Source of the DNA: an uncultured delta proteobacterium
Lineage (GTDB): Bacteria; Desulfobacterota; Binatia; UBA9968
Direction of reading: 5' to 3'
Length of the DNA: 64,000 bases
Assembly (NCBI GenBank): GCA_963847445.1
Contig: CAWJZV010000018.1
Span: 32,001-96,000, forward strand
Part shown: one piece after another, positions 1-10,733 of the stretch
Layout of the letters: the number at the start of each line of letters is the position of its first letter
Numbering within the stretch: position 1 is the first letter of the stretch
Made by a program: the position numbers and the translations under genes
Notes under the pieces: model-generated
What the model was told of the DNA's origin: nothing
The model's database searches: none
Seen by the model: the letters and a program-made list of their open reading frames with translations, nothing else

Positions 1-487
1 CGGCCGACATGGCAAAATGTTTTTGCTGAATGGCGGGCGGGCCACCATGCAAAGCTATGGTTTCGCCGCCGACAACTTGTCGCCAACTCGCCTCCAGGCC
101 GCGCTGCCGCCCGCGCATCTAGCTTTCTACCAGGCTCTGCAAAGTTATTATTTGAGCGAGCCCTACCTTTGCGTCCACGCCGGGATACATCCGCGCAAAT
201 CCTTGCAGGAACAGACCGATGAAGAACTGCTGTGGATTCGCGAGCCGTTTCTGCACAGTTCCCATACGCTCCCATACACGATACTCTTCGGTCACACCCC
301 TCAACACTCTGTCCTCTACCACTTGCCCTACAAAATCGGCCTCGATACCGGGTTGGTTTATGGCAATATGTTGACTTGCTTGGACACAGATGAGAAGATT
401 CTTTACCAGATCGGCCGAGGCAAAAATCGCGTCAGTAAAACCTCCGTTCAGCAAAAGTGGAGTGCAGCTTCAACCACTTTCAAGTAG
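1..487 (+). CDS. Metallophosphoesterase (PphA/ApaH-like Ser/Thr phosphatase family), 5'-truncated by window edge
   Basis: Motifs VHAGI, FGHTP and IGLDTG-VYG are typical of the calcineurin-like PphA family C-terminal half. Confidence 0.85.
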   Translation, partial: GRHGKMFLLNGGRATMQSYGFAADNLSPTRLQAALPPAHLAFYQALQSYYLSEPYLCVHAGIHPRKSLQEQTDEELLWIREPFLHSSHTLPYTILFGHTPQHSVLYHLPYKIGLDTGLVYGNMLTCLDTDEKILYQIGRGKNRVSKTSVQQKWSAASTTFK

Positions 488-488
488 G

Positions 489-517
489 TTGATATTTTCT
501 CCATCTCGTCATAGCTT
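489..517 (+). promoter_or_regulatory. Sigma70-type promoter for the tRNA
   Basis: TTGATA (489-494), 17-nt spacer, TAGCTT (512-517), 12 nt upstream of the tRNA 5' end. Confidence 0.6.
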
Positions 518-529
518 ATCGCACGGTTT

Positions 530-606
530 GGCGGTGTAGCTCAGATGGTCAGAGCACGCGGCTCATATCCGCGGCGTCGACAGTTCGACTCTGTCCACCG
601 CCACCA
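530..606 (+). tRNA. tRNA-Met (CAT), elongator type
   Basis: Acceptor stem GGCGGTG/CACCGCC, D arm TAGCTCAGATGGTCAGAGC, anticodon stem CGCGG/CCGCG with CAT at 564-566, T loop GTTCGAC, encoded ACCA end. The paired G1-C72 argues against initiator tRNA; Ile2 is not fully excluded. Confidence 0.95.
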
Positions 607-611
607 AATCG

Positions 612-680
612 CCCCCCGAGAATCCGAACACTTCCAGATGATTTTGCAACTTAAGGGATTCTCGGGGGGACGTCTTTTTA
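612..680 (+). terminator. Inverted repeat plus T-tract downstream of the tRNA; likely terminator
   Basis: CCCCCCGAGAATCC (612-625) / GGATTCTCGGGGGG (656-669), 30-nt loop, followed by CGTCTTTTT; lies between convergent genes. Confidence 0.5.
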
Positions 681-697
681 GCTTGTCGCGGCAATCG

Positions 698-1417
698 TCA
701 GAATTTTTCATGCCACGCCGCGCACCGGTAGCGTTCATGCATTAGGCGATCTATCCGGTCACCTGGGATCGCGCTGAAGTCCTCTTCGGCGGACCATTCT
801 AACCGTAACGCCGCGCGCAGCTGTGCCGGGTCAACTTCCAGGTTGACCAAGAAATCGCTATGATTTCTCTGGCGGCGATAATCTGGCTGCTTAGCCGGCA
901 TACTGAGATAACGCTCGATCAAGGAAAAGTCGTAATGCAGCAGGAACGTGCCGTGAACCAGCACATACTCACGTTTGCGGTATTGCGCGTTGCCGGAAAA
1001 TTTTCGTTCGCCGAGGGTGAGGTCGCTTTGGCCTTTGACCGACACCGGTTGGGAGGTCAGCGCTTCCAGAGAGCTGCGATGACGATCAAGAACAAAATCA
1101 AAGGCAGCTTGGACACTATCGCTGGAAAAGTTATCCTGCCGGAGAATCAGCGAGTAGTTCAAACAACCGGGGCCCTGCATTACGGTTCCGCCGCCGCTAC
1201 AACGGCGCAATACCGGAATTTCGTCGGCAGCGCAGGCGGAACTCTCGACTTCATCGCGCCATTTATTGCCATGACCGAGCACGACAAAGTATTGGACCGG
1301 TTGCCAGATGCGCAGCAACTCTTCGTTACCGCGGGCTTGTTCGAAAAATTCTAGCAAAGCTTCGTCGCAAGCAAGATTGTGCACCGCATCAGGGAAAGTT
1401 AGATCAAGATATTTCAT
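698..1417 (-). CDS. Lipoate-protein ligase A family protein
   Basis: NLACDEALL, RRCSGGGTV, RKFSGNAQ and VHGTFL motifs; divergent from the PDH operon. Confidence 0.9.
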   Translation of the reverse strand: MKYLDLTFPDAVHNLACDEALLEFFEQARGNEELLRIWQPVQYFVVLGHGNKWRDEVESSACAADEIPVLRRCSGGGTVMQGPGCLNYSLILRQDNFSSDSVQAAFDFVLDRHRSSLEALTSQPVSVKGQSDLTLGERKFSGNAQYRKREYVLVHGTFLLHYDFSLIERYLSMPAKQPDYRRQRNHSDFLVNLEVDPAQLRAALRLEWSAEEDFSAIPGDRIDRLMHERYRCAAWHEKF

Positions 1418-1477
1418 ACGCTTTAGTTGATTTTACCGTAGTTTTGTTGTCTCCTGAAAATCCTGGAGCTAGTGCTA

Positions 1478-4198
1478 ATGGAGTTCGAAACCAAACCCAC
1501 TGCCAACGGCAGCACCGTCATCGGCGAACAGGACAATGGCAAAGCCGCCAAGTCGGACCGTCATAAATGGGTCGCGTCGCTGGAATACATCCTGGAATCT
1601 ATCTTAAAGAACGAAGAACCGGAACAAGCCGCGCTGTTGGTCGAGGAGTTGTCCGACCGTTTGCGCCAATCCGGTCTCAAGATTCCTCTCGCAGTCAGTA
1701 CGCCCTATATCAATACGATCGCGCCGGAAAAGGAGCCACCCTATCCTGGCAACCGCGAGATCGAGCGGCGCATCAAGAGTTATGTGCGCTGGAACGCCAT
1801 GGCGATGGTGGTCAAAGCCAATCGGCTTCATGCCGATATCGGCGGCCACATTTCCACCTATGCATCGTCGGCAACGCTGTACGAGGTCGGGCAGAATCAT
1901 TTCTTCCGCGGCAGCGACGGTAGCCATCTAGGCGACATGGTTTACTTTCAAGGTCATGCCTCGCCGGGGGTCTATTCGCGCGCCTATGTCGAACGGCGCA
2001 TCGACGCGCCGAAGTTGCATCATTTCCGCCAGGAGCTCTCGAGCGTCGACGGTATTTCCTCCTATCCTCATCCTTATCTGATGCCCGATTTTTGGCAGTT
2101 CCCCACCGTATCCATGGGGCTGGCGCCGATCATGTCGATTTACCAGGCGAGGTTCGTTCGCTACCTCAAAAGCCGCGGCCTGATTAGCGGCGAGGAGCCG
2201 CGGATATTTTGTTACGCCGGCGACGGCGAGATGGATGAGCCCGAATCTTCCGGCGCGCTAACTTTGGCATCGCGGGAAAATCTCGACAATTTGGTCTGGG
2301 TGGTTAACTGCAATCTCCAGCGCCTCGACGGACCGGTGCGCGGCAATGGCAAGATTATTCAAGAACTCGAAGCACTATTTCGCGGCGCCGGTTGGAACGT
2401 CATTAAGGTAATCTGGGGCTCCGACTGGGACCCGCTGCTCGCCAAGGACGACAAAGGACTTTTACTCAAGCGCATGGAAGAGGCCGTCGACGGGGATTAT
2501 CAGAAATACTCCGTGGAGCCCGGCAGCTATTCCAGAAAGCATTTTTTCGGCAAGTATCCTGAGCTGCTCGAGATGGTCAACCACATGTCCGACGACCAGA
2601 TTCGTAAGCTTCTGCGCGGCGGCCATGATCCGATGAAAGTCTATTCCGCCTATAAAGCCGCGGTGGAACATAAAGGCGCACCGACGGTCATCCTGGCAAA
2701 AACCGTCAAAGGCTACGGACTGGGCGAAGCCGGCGAAGGCCGCAATATTACCCACCAGCAAAAGAAGTTGAACGAACGGGAGCTACGCGAGTTTCGCACG
2801 CGCTTCGATATTCCCCTGCCGGATGAAGAAGTCGTCGAAACGCCTTTTTACCGCCCGCCTCTCGACAGCCCGGAGACCCAGTATCTGTTGGAGCGGCGCA
2901 AGCAGTTGCACGGCTTCGTGCCCGAACGCAAGGTGATTGCCAAACCGTTAAACGTGCCCGCCGACTCGGAGTACACAGAGTTTTATAAGGGTTCGGGCGG
3001 CCATTCGATGTCGACCACCATGGCGGCCGTGCGTTTGCTAACCAAGCTGTTGCGCCATGAAGGCATCGGCAAGCGCATCGTGCCGATCATTCCTGACGAA
3101 GCTCGTACCTTCGGCATGGATTCCTTGTTTCGCCAGATCGGCATTTACTCTCCCAAAGGGCAGCTCTACGAACCGGTCGATAGCGAGACTTTGCTTTTTT
3201 ACAACGAAGTGAAAGATGGCCAGATTCTCGAAGAAGGCATCACTGAGGCCGGCTCCATGTCGTCGTTCATCGCCGCCGGCACCGCCTACGCCAATCTTGG
3301 CGTCAATATGGTTCCCTTCTACTTCTACTATTCGATGTTCGGCTTTCAGCGCATTGGCGATCTCATTTGGGCCGCCGCCGACAGCAAGAGCAAAGGCTTT
3401 CTGCTGGGCGCCACCGCCGGCAGGACCACGTTGAATGGCGAAGGGTTGCAGCACCAAGACGGCCATAGCCATTTGCTCGCGAGCACGATTCCGACCTTGC
3501 TGACCTACGACGCCGCCTTCGCCTACGAGATCGCCGTGATCGTCAAGGACGGTATGCGCCGGCTCTACGCCGAGGGCGAGGAAAGTTTTTACTACCTGAC
3601 GCTCTACAATGAGAGCTACGAGATGCCGGCTATGCCTGAGGGAGTTGAAGAAGGCATACTCAAGGGCCTGTACAAAGTGAAACCGGCGACCCAGGGCAAA
3701 AAATACAAAGCGCATCTGTTCGGCAGCGGCCCGATACTGCGCGAAGCATTGCGCGCCCAGGTAGTCCTGGCCGAGCAATTCGATGTCAGCGCCGATGTCT
3801 GGAGCGCGACCAGCTACAAGTTATTGCGTGGCGACGCCCTGCGCACCAAACGTTGGAACATGCTCCATCCCACGGCGGTGCCGAAGAAATCCTATCTCGA
3901 ATCAATTTTAGAGAAGGAAGATGGCGTGTTTATCGCGGTTTCCGATTATATGAAGATGGTGCCGGATCAAATCGCGCCGTGGATTCCCGGCGGATTGACG
4001 ACCCTCGGCACCGACGGTTTCGGCCGCAGCGATACCCGTGCCAACCTAAGACGATTTTTTGAAGTGGACGCCGAACTGACGACCCTTGCGACACTCTACG
4101 CATTGCACCAGAAAGAGGCGTTTCCGGCGCGAGTCGTTGAAGCAGCGATCCGCAAGCTCGGCATCGACCCGGAAAAACCATTCCCGTTCTATCTATAA
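1478..4198 (+). CDS. aceE: Pyruvate dehydrogenase E1, homodimeric type
   Basis: GGHISTYAS, FQGHASPG, GDGEMDEPES (TPP motif), NCNLQRLDGPVRGN and EGLQHQDGHS. Confidence 0.97.
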   Translation: MEFETKPTANGSTVIGEQDNGKAAKSDRHKWVASLEYILESILKNEEPEQAALLVEELSDRLRQSGLKIPLAVSTPYINTIAPEKEPPYPGNREIERRIKSYVRWNAMAMVVKANRLHADIGGHISTYASSATLYEVGQNHFFRGSDGSHLGDMVYFQGHASPGVYSRAYVERRIDAPKLHHFRQELSSVDGISSYPHPYLMPDFWQFPTVSMGLAPIMSIYQARFVRYLKSRGLISGEEPRIFCYAGDGEMDEPESSGALTLASRENLDNLVWVVNCNLQRLDGPVRGNGKIIQELEALFRGAGWNVIKVIWGSDWDPLLAKDDKGLLLKRMEEAVDGDYQKYSVEPGSYSRKHFFGKYPELLEMVNHMSDDQIRKLLRGGHDPMKVYSAYKAAVEHKGAPTVILAKTVKGYGLGEAGEGRNITHQQKKLNERELREFRTRFDIPLPDEEVVETPFYRPPLDSPETQYLLERRKQLHGFVPERKVIAKPLNVPADSEYTEFYKGSGGHSMSTTMAAVRLLTKLLRHEGIGKRIVPIIPDEARTFGMDSLFRQIGIYSPKGQLYEPVDSETLLFYNEVKDGQILEEGITEAGSMSSFIAAGTAYANLGVNMVPFYFYYSMFGFQRIGDLIWAAADSKSKGFLLGATAGRTTLNGEGLQHQDGHSHLLASTIPTLLTYDAAFAYEIAVIVKDGMRRLYAEGEESFYYLTLYNESYEMPAMPEGVEEGILKGLYKVKPATQGKKYKAHLFGSGPILREALRAQVVLAEQFDVSADVWSATSYKLLRGDALRTKRWNMLHPTAVPKKSYLESILEKEDGVFIAVSDYMKMVPDQIAPWIPGGLTTLGTDGFGRSDTRANLRRFFEVDAELTTLATLYALHQKEAFPARVVEAAIRKLGIDPEKPFPFYL

Positions 4199-4233
4199 GC
4201 GATCTGAAAACTTAACAGCAGCGACATTTCTCC

Positions 4234-5559
4234 ATGGATGTAAAACTTCCCCAACTCGCTGAAGGCGTAGAGGGCGGCACGGTGGTCAGCATCTTGGTCG
4301 CCGAAGGCCAGGTGATCGAGAAAAACCAGCCTTTCATGGAACTTGAAACCCAAAAAGCCGTGGGCTCCATCCCGGCGCCGAGCGCCGGCGTGGTCACTAA
4401 GATTCATGTCAAGCAAGGCATGGAAGTTAATATCGGCCAGACGCTGATCTCCATCGAGACCGCAGCCATCAGCGCTCCAGCTGCAGCCCCCGTGGCGCAA
4501 GCTTCGCCAAGCGTGGCGGCGAACCCAATCAGCTCTCCGACGCCACCCGGTGAACAATCTTCAAGCTCGGGGCAAGCGACAACCGTCGCGCCCGTTGACG
4601 ACTACCGCTACCAATCGAGTAGCGGCATGGCGCCGCCCGCGGCACCGGCGATCCGCAAAATCGCCCGTGAACTTGACCTCGACTTGACCAGGGTTCGCGG
4701 TAGCGAAGCCGGCGGGCGCATCAATATGGGCGATCTCAGAGCCTATGTTCGCAAGCTCCAAGATCTCGCCTTTCAAAACACAGCGCGGGCGGCTCCGGCG
4801 GCCGCGGCGTCGCCGGCAGCGAGGCCAACGGAGACCATCGACTTCGCCAAGTGGGGAGCGATCCGGCGCGAAAAGATGTCGCCGCTGCGGCGCACGGTGA
4901 GCCGGCGCATGGTGGAGTCCTGGACGTCGATTCCGAAAATCAATCAGTTTGCCGACGCCGATATCACTGCGCTGCTCGCCCTGCGCAAAAAGTACGCGCC
5001 CGCCTATGAGAAAAACGGCACGCATCTGACCTTGACATCGCTTCTCCTGTTCATTCTTGGCCGCGCGCTGAAAAACCATCCGCGCGCCAATGCGAGCATC
5101 GACGAAGTAGCGCTCGAGATCGTTTACAAAGACTACTGCCACATCGGCGTGGCCGTCGACAGCGAAGGCGGCTTGATCGTGCCGGTGCTGCGCGATGCCG
5201 ACAAAAAAGACTTGCTCCAGCTTTCCTCGGACTTGCACGCGCTGACGGAGAAAACCCGCCAGCGCAAGATTTCCATCGAAGAACTGCAAGGCGGCAGCTT
5301 CACCATCTCCAACCAAGGGAGCATCGGCGGCGGCCACTTCACGCCGATCATTTACGCGCCCCAGGTGGCGATTTTGGGCATCGGCCAGGGCCAAGCCAAG
5401 CCGGTCGCCATCGACGGCAAGATCGCCATCCGGACGATCCTGCCGCTCTGCTTAGCCTACGATCATCGCGTGCTCGACGGCGCCGACGCCGTGCGCTTTC
5501 TCAAAGACATCATCGCCGGCCTCGAAGCCTTCGCTGAAGCCGACATCAAAGTGAAATAG
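4234..5559 (+). CDS. aceF: Dihydrolipoamide acyltransferase E2 with a single lipoyl domain
   Basis: ETQKAV lipoyl-Lys motif, E3-binding domain (PAIRKIARELDLDL), catalytic YDHRVLDGA. Confidence 0.93.
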   Translation: MDVKLPQLAEGVEGGTVVSILVAEGQVIEKNQPFMELETQKAVGSIPAPSAGVVTKIHVKQGMEVNIGQTLISIETAAISAPAAAPVAQASPSVAANPISSPTPPGEQSSSSGQATTVAPVDDYRYQSSSGMAPPAAPAIRKIARELDLDLTRVRGSEAGGRINMGDLRAYVRKLQDLAFQNTARAAPAAAASPAARPTETIDFAKWGAIRREKMSPLRRTVSRRMVESWTSIPKINQFADADITALLALRKKYAPAYEKNGTHLTLTSLLLFILGRALKNHPRANASIDEVALEIVYKDYCHIGVAVDSEGGLIVPVLRDADKKDLLQLSSDLHALTEKTRQRKISIEELQGGSFTISNQGSIGGGHFTPIIYAPQVAILGIGQGQAKPVAIDGKIAIRTILPLCLAYDHRVLDGADAVRFLKDIIAGLEAFAEADIKVK

Positions 5560-5570
5560 CTCGACTGATT

Positions 5571-6991
5571 ATGGAACCGATTACGACGGAAATTCTGGTC
5601 CTGGGCGCCGGTCCAGGCGGCTACGCCGCCGCCTTCTACGCGGCGGACAAAGGCAAGCAGGTTACTCTGGTCGAGCAAAGCCCGCGGCTCGGCGGTATCT
5701 GCCTCAACGTCGGCTGCATTCCGTCGAAAGCCTTGCTCCACGCCACCGAAATCCTCCGCGAGAGCAAAGAGTCGGCGGCCCGCGGCATCGCCTTCGGCGC
5801 TGCGCAGATCGATCTCGATAAACTGCGTGCTTGGAAAATTGGCATTCTCGACAAGCTCGGCCAAGGGATCAAGACGCTCGCCGAGCATCGCAAAGTCAAG
5901 GTCATCCATGGCCGCGGCCACTTCGAAGACTCGCAGACGCTCAGGGTCGAAACTTCCGACGGGCAAAAGTTCGTCCGTTATGAAAAGGCGATCATCGCCG
6001 TCGGTTCCAAGCCGGCCCTGCCCAACGCTTTCGATCTCGGCAATCCTCGAGTAATGACATCCACCGGAGCCTTGGAGATTCCCGATATTCCGGAAAACCT
6101 GCTGGTCGTCGGCGGCGGCTATATCGGCATGGAGCTCGGCACGGTCTATGCGGCCCTCGGCAGCAAGGTCGTCGTGCTGGAAGCCTTACCGTCGATTCTT
6201 GCCGGCGTCGATGCCGACCTCGCCCGCCCGGTGATGCGCGCGGCACAGAAGGCCTTTAAAGAAATTCGCCTCAATACCAAAGTTTTGAAGATGGCCACCG
6301 CAGGTAAACAGATCAAAGTCACGATCGAAATGGACAAGCAGCCGCGCGATGAGCTCTACGATCGCGTACTCGTCAGCGTTGGCCGCACGCCCAATCTCGC
6401 CGACCTCGGTCTGGAAAACACCAAGGTCACCAAGGACGATAAGGGGTTTATTCACTGCAACGCCCAGCAGCAGACCGAAGATCCCAACATCTACGCCATC
6501 GGCGACGTCAACGGCGGCGCGCTGCTGGCGCACCGCGCGACCCGCGAAGGCAAGATCGCCGTCGAAGCGATTTTCGGCGAGCCCAGCGCTTTCGAAAACA
6601 TTGTCATCCCGGCGGTGGTCTATACCGATCCCGAGGTGGCCTGGTGCGGCCTCACCGAAGCCGAAGCCAAGCAGAAAAACATCGCCATCAAAGTCGCCAA
6701 GTTCTTGTGGGGCGCCTCGGGCAGAGCGCTGACTCTCGACCGCCCCGATGGCTTAACCAAGCTGATTATCGAACCGGAGAGCGAACGCATTCTCGGTGTC
6801 GGCGTGGTCGGCGCCGGCGCCGGCGAACTTGATCAGCGAAGGGGTATTGGCGGTAGAGATGGGCGCCACCGCACGCGACATCGCCGACTCGGTGCATCCG
6901 CATCCGACGCTGTCGGAAACCTTCATGGAAGCCGCGGAATCTTTCTACGGCACGGCGACGCACACTCTCGTCACGGCGCAGCGCCTCATGA
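5571..6991 (+). CDS. lpdA: Dihydrolipoyl dehydrogenase; frameshifted near 6830 and probably near 6970
   Basis: [20 protein letters not shown] and GGGYIG; the C-terminal HPHPTLSE is in the 6796 frame. A likely TGA overlaps the next ATG (ATGA at 6988-6991). Confidence 0.93.
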
Positions 6992-7873
6992 CGGATCAAG
7001 CCCGGCGGCTGTTCCTGATCGACGGCAGCGCTTATATCTTTCGCGCCTTTTTCGCCATCCCGCCGCTGACCAACGGCGCCGGCCTGCCGACCAACGCGAT
7101 CTTCGGTTTCACCAACATCCTGCTGAAGTTCTTGAAGCAGTATCGGCCCGAGTATGTCGCCGTCGCTTTGGACGCCGGCCGGGTGACTTTTCGCAATGAA
7201 ATGTTCGCCGACTACAAGGGCAACCGCCCCGAAGCTCCGGCCGATCTGATTCCGCAGTTTCCCTATTTTCGCAAAGTCCTCGACGCCCTGAACTTGCCGC
7301 TGCTCGAACTGCCGGGTTACGAGGCCGACGACATCATCGCGACCTTGTGCGAGCGCTTGGCGAACCAGGGCTGCGAGCTGGTGGTCGTTTCGAGCGACAA
7401 GGATTTAATGCAGCTCGTCACCGACGGGATCAAGCTCTTAGACAGCGCCAAAGACCGTTGGATCGGCACGGATGAGGTACGCGAAAAGTTCGGCGTTACC
7501 CCGGAGCAAGTGACCCAAGTCATGGGCCTGATGGGCGACGCGTCCGATAATATTCCCGGCGTCAAAGGCATCGGTGAAAAGACCGCCAGCGCCTTGATCC
7601 AGCAGTTTCAAAGTTTAGAAAACCTCTTCGCTCATCTCGACGACATGGAGCAGATGAAACTGCGCGGCGCGCCGCGCATCCGGCAAATTCTCGAAGCCGG
7701 CAAAGATCAAGCCTTTCTGAGCCGCGCTCTGGCCACGGTCAAACGCGACGTGCCGCTCGACACGGGACTTGAAGAGCTTGAAATTTACCGGCTTCAATCT
7801 GGAAAAAATCCGCACGCTGTTTACCGAACTGGAATTCACCAACCTCATCAAGCTGATCGAAAACGGCGGCTGA
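6988..7873 (+). CDS. Stand-alone 5'-3' exonuclease / flap endonuclease (PolA N-terminal domain only); frameshift near 7780
   Basis: [30 protein letters not shown] and [14 protein letters not shown]; after the shift it ends [17 protein letters not shown]-stop, with no polymerase domain. Confidence 0.88.
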
Positions 7874-8016
7874 ATCGCTCTGACTCTGTTGGTAAAATCC
7901 CCTGGCAACGGCTTGGCTTTGAACCGGGAACTATGGCAGATTAAACCAGCCGGGGGAAAAATCCCTACGGAGTCTCAACTCCGATCTATCCCCGCCACCG
8001 ATGCGAGGAGCTCACT

Positions 8017-9169
8017 GTGATAAATCGACAACGAATTAGGAATTTTCTCATCGAGCTGATCAAGATCGACAGCTTGTCGCGGCGCGAATATGACGTCGCC
8101 ATGCGCCTTAAACGGGAGCTGGAAGAACTTGGCGCGGCGGTCTCCATCGATGATGCCGGTGCGAAGGTCGGCGGCAACGTCGGCAATTTGATCGCCAAGT
8201 TTCCCGGCAACGCGCCGGCGAGCCAGCCGCTGCTGCTTTCCGCTCATATGGACACGGTGGTCCCCGGCGAAGGCATCGTACCGATCCTCGACGGTGATAT
8301 TCTGCGCACCGACGGCACCACCGTGCTCGGCGGCGACGATAAAAGCGGCGTCGCGATCATCTGCGAAGTCATGCGTGTCATAAAGGAGAACGGCCTGCCC
8401 TGCTCCGCCGTCGACGTCGTTTTCACGATTTGCGAGGAGGCCGGGCTGATCGGCGCCAAGTGTTTGGACATCGCGAGCCTGCGCGCGCGCACCGGCCTGG
8501 TGCTCGACAGCGACTCGGTCGGCTTCCTGTTCACCAGAGCGCCGGCGGCCAACCGCATGGAGTTTCGCGTCCACGGCCTGGAAGCCCATGCCGGGGTCTG
8601 CCCCGAAAAAGGCATCAACGCGATCAAAGTCGCCGCCGAGGGCATCGCGCAAATGCAGCTCGGCCGCATCGATCACGAGACCACGGCGAACATTGGCGTG
8701 GTCGAAGGCGGCATGGCGGTGAATATCGTGCCCAATCAAGTCGTCCTCAAAGGCGAGGCGCGCAGTCATGACTCGGACAAACTCAAACGCCAGACCGAAC
8801 ATATGCAGCGCTGCCTAGAAGAAGCCGCCGCCAGACATTCGTTGGAGTTCGACGGCAAGCGCCATCAAGCGCGGGTCGAAGCCAAGATCGAGCGCGATTA
8901 CGACCGCATGGATGTGCCGGAAAGCGCGCCCATCGTCCAGTTGGTTCACGCCGCCGCCAGAAATTTGCATCTCGACGTCAAAACCCGCGCCACCGGCGGC
9001 GGCTGCGACGCCAACGTTTTCAATCAAAAAGGGCTGGTGGTCGCCAACCTCGGCACCGGCATGCGCGAGATCCACACGGTGCAACGAATGGCTCGATTTG
9101 AAGGATCTCTATCTGTCGGCACAGATGGTTCTCGAAGTCGTCAGACTCAATGCAGCCGAAATCCAGTAA
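8017..9169 (+). CDS. M20/M25/M40 metallopeptidase (peptidase T-like); frameshift near 9085
   Basis: SAHMDTV, GGDDKSG, CEEAG, GGGCDAN and HT metal ligands. Confidence 0.88.
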
Positions 9170-9187
9170 GGAGTTCAGTCATATAGT

Positions 9188-9264
9188 TAGGAGTAAGGAG
9201 TATCGGATTGAAACCTTTTGCTCCTGACTCCTTACTCTTTACACTTCACTCTTTAATCCTTACT
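9188..9264. repeat. Heptamer-based imperfect inverted repeat
   Basis: TAGGAGTAAGGAGTA on the left and TGCTCCTGACTCCTTACTCT on the right, with roughly 7-nt periodicity. Confidence 0.55.
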
Positions 9265-9274
9265 GTCTAAAAAC

Positions 9275-10721
9275 ATGAACACCGAAGAAATCGGTCTTTT
9301 ACTCAAACAAGAACGCGGTCAATTCCTCGAATTCATCAGCGCCTTCGAGTATCGGCGCAAATCCGGACAGAAAAAACGCGAGGAGGAGCTTTCCCGCGAG
9401 CTGGTGCGAGTCTTATCCGGCATGGCCAATGCCGACGGCGGCACGGTTTTAGTCGGTGTTGAGCCCGATAAGAGCGTCACCGGCATCCCCCACGATGGCG
9501 ACGAGCTGCAAACCTTGATTCAGGCGCCGCAGAACTTGCTCCGCCCCCAGCTCACTCCCGCCTGTGAAAAAGTTCGCTTGGGCAATCTGCAACTGCTCAA
9601 GTTCGAAGTCGCTTCGAGCATGGACATTCACCGCATCGCCGGCGGCCGTTCGTTTTACCGCATCGCCGCGGAAACCCCGGCCCTGCCGGCCGAGCAGATT
9701 CACTCGCTGAAAGAAGCCAAGCGCAACGTTTTTTACGAGCGCCAGCAAACCTTAAACGCCACTTGGTTCGACCTCGACACCGATCTGGTGAGCCAGTTCG
9801 TCAACAAACTGCATCCCGGTCAAGATCCCGCAGACGGTGTTAAGCCAGACCTATCATTTGCTCGACAACTCGCGCGCCATCCCCTGCCCCAACATGGCGG
9901 CGTTGCTGCTGTTCGCCAAAGAGCCGACGCGCTGGCATCCGCGCGCCGGCATCGACTTCGTCAAGTATGAGGGTAATGAACGGCAGCATGGCGCATCGCT
10001 CAACGTCGTCAAACGGATGCGCTTCGAAGCGCCGCTGGTGCGCTTGATCGACGAAGCGGTGGGCCGGATCAAGGAACAGGTGCGCGGCGCACCGTTCTGC
10101 ACGACTCTATTTTTCCGCGAACGCTTGGAGTATCCGACCTTTGCCTGGCAGGAAGCGCTGGTCAACGCGGTGGCCCACCGCGATTATTCGCTCACCGGCG
10201 CGTCCGTGGAAGTATGGATGTTCGACGATCACATCTGTGTGCGCAGCCCCGGCTTGCCGCCGGCGCCGGTGACGCTCGAACAGTTGCGCCTACAGAAAAG
10301 CATTCATTTCTCGCGTAATCCATTGATCGTCCGCGTGCTCGCCGATCTGGGCTTTGTGCGCGACATGGGCGAAGGCGTGCCGCGCATCTATCAAGAAATG
10401 GAGACCTACGGTCTCCACCCGCCGGAACTTTCCGCCGAAGGATTCGTTTTTACCGTGACTCTGCGCAACGCGCCGGTCTACGACGAAGCCACGCTGCGCT
10501 GGCTGAGCCAGTTCGCCAACAATCAAGTCAATCTGCGCCAACGCCGCTTGCTGGCTTACGCCTACTGCCATGGCAAGACCTTTTCGACCACGGAGTACGA
10601 GCGTATCGCCGAGGTCGACCGCGACACCGCCTACCGCGACATTCGCCTGATGGTCAAGAGCGGCATCGTCGCGCCGCTCAAACCGAAAAGCCGCAGCTAT
10701 CGCATCGTCGAAAAGCTTTAA
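9275..10721 (+). CDS. AlbA_2 (Schlafen-like) + RecG-C/HATPase_c_4 + HTH protein; frameshift near 9830
   Basis: GMANADGGTVLVGV, QEALVNAVAHRDYS, SPG, RNPLI, MGEGV and C-terminal TAYRDI HTH. Confidence 0.85.
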
Positions 10722-10733
10722 GCGAACAAGGCG

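Noticed and set aside
530-700. tRNA-Met as the integration site of a genomic island
   Set aside because: No integrase follows, I saw no repeat of the tRNA 3' end, and the downstream genes are housekeeping.
6796-7944. Apparent in-frame fusion of the LpdA C-terminus to a 5'-3' exonuclease
   Set aside because: Removing one base near 6970 gives ...HTLSRRSAS-TGA overlapping the exonuclease ATG (ATGA). With indels this common, two coupled genes is the simpler reading.
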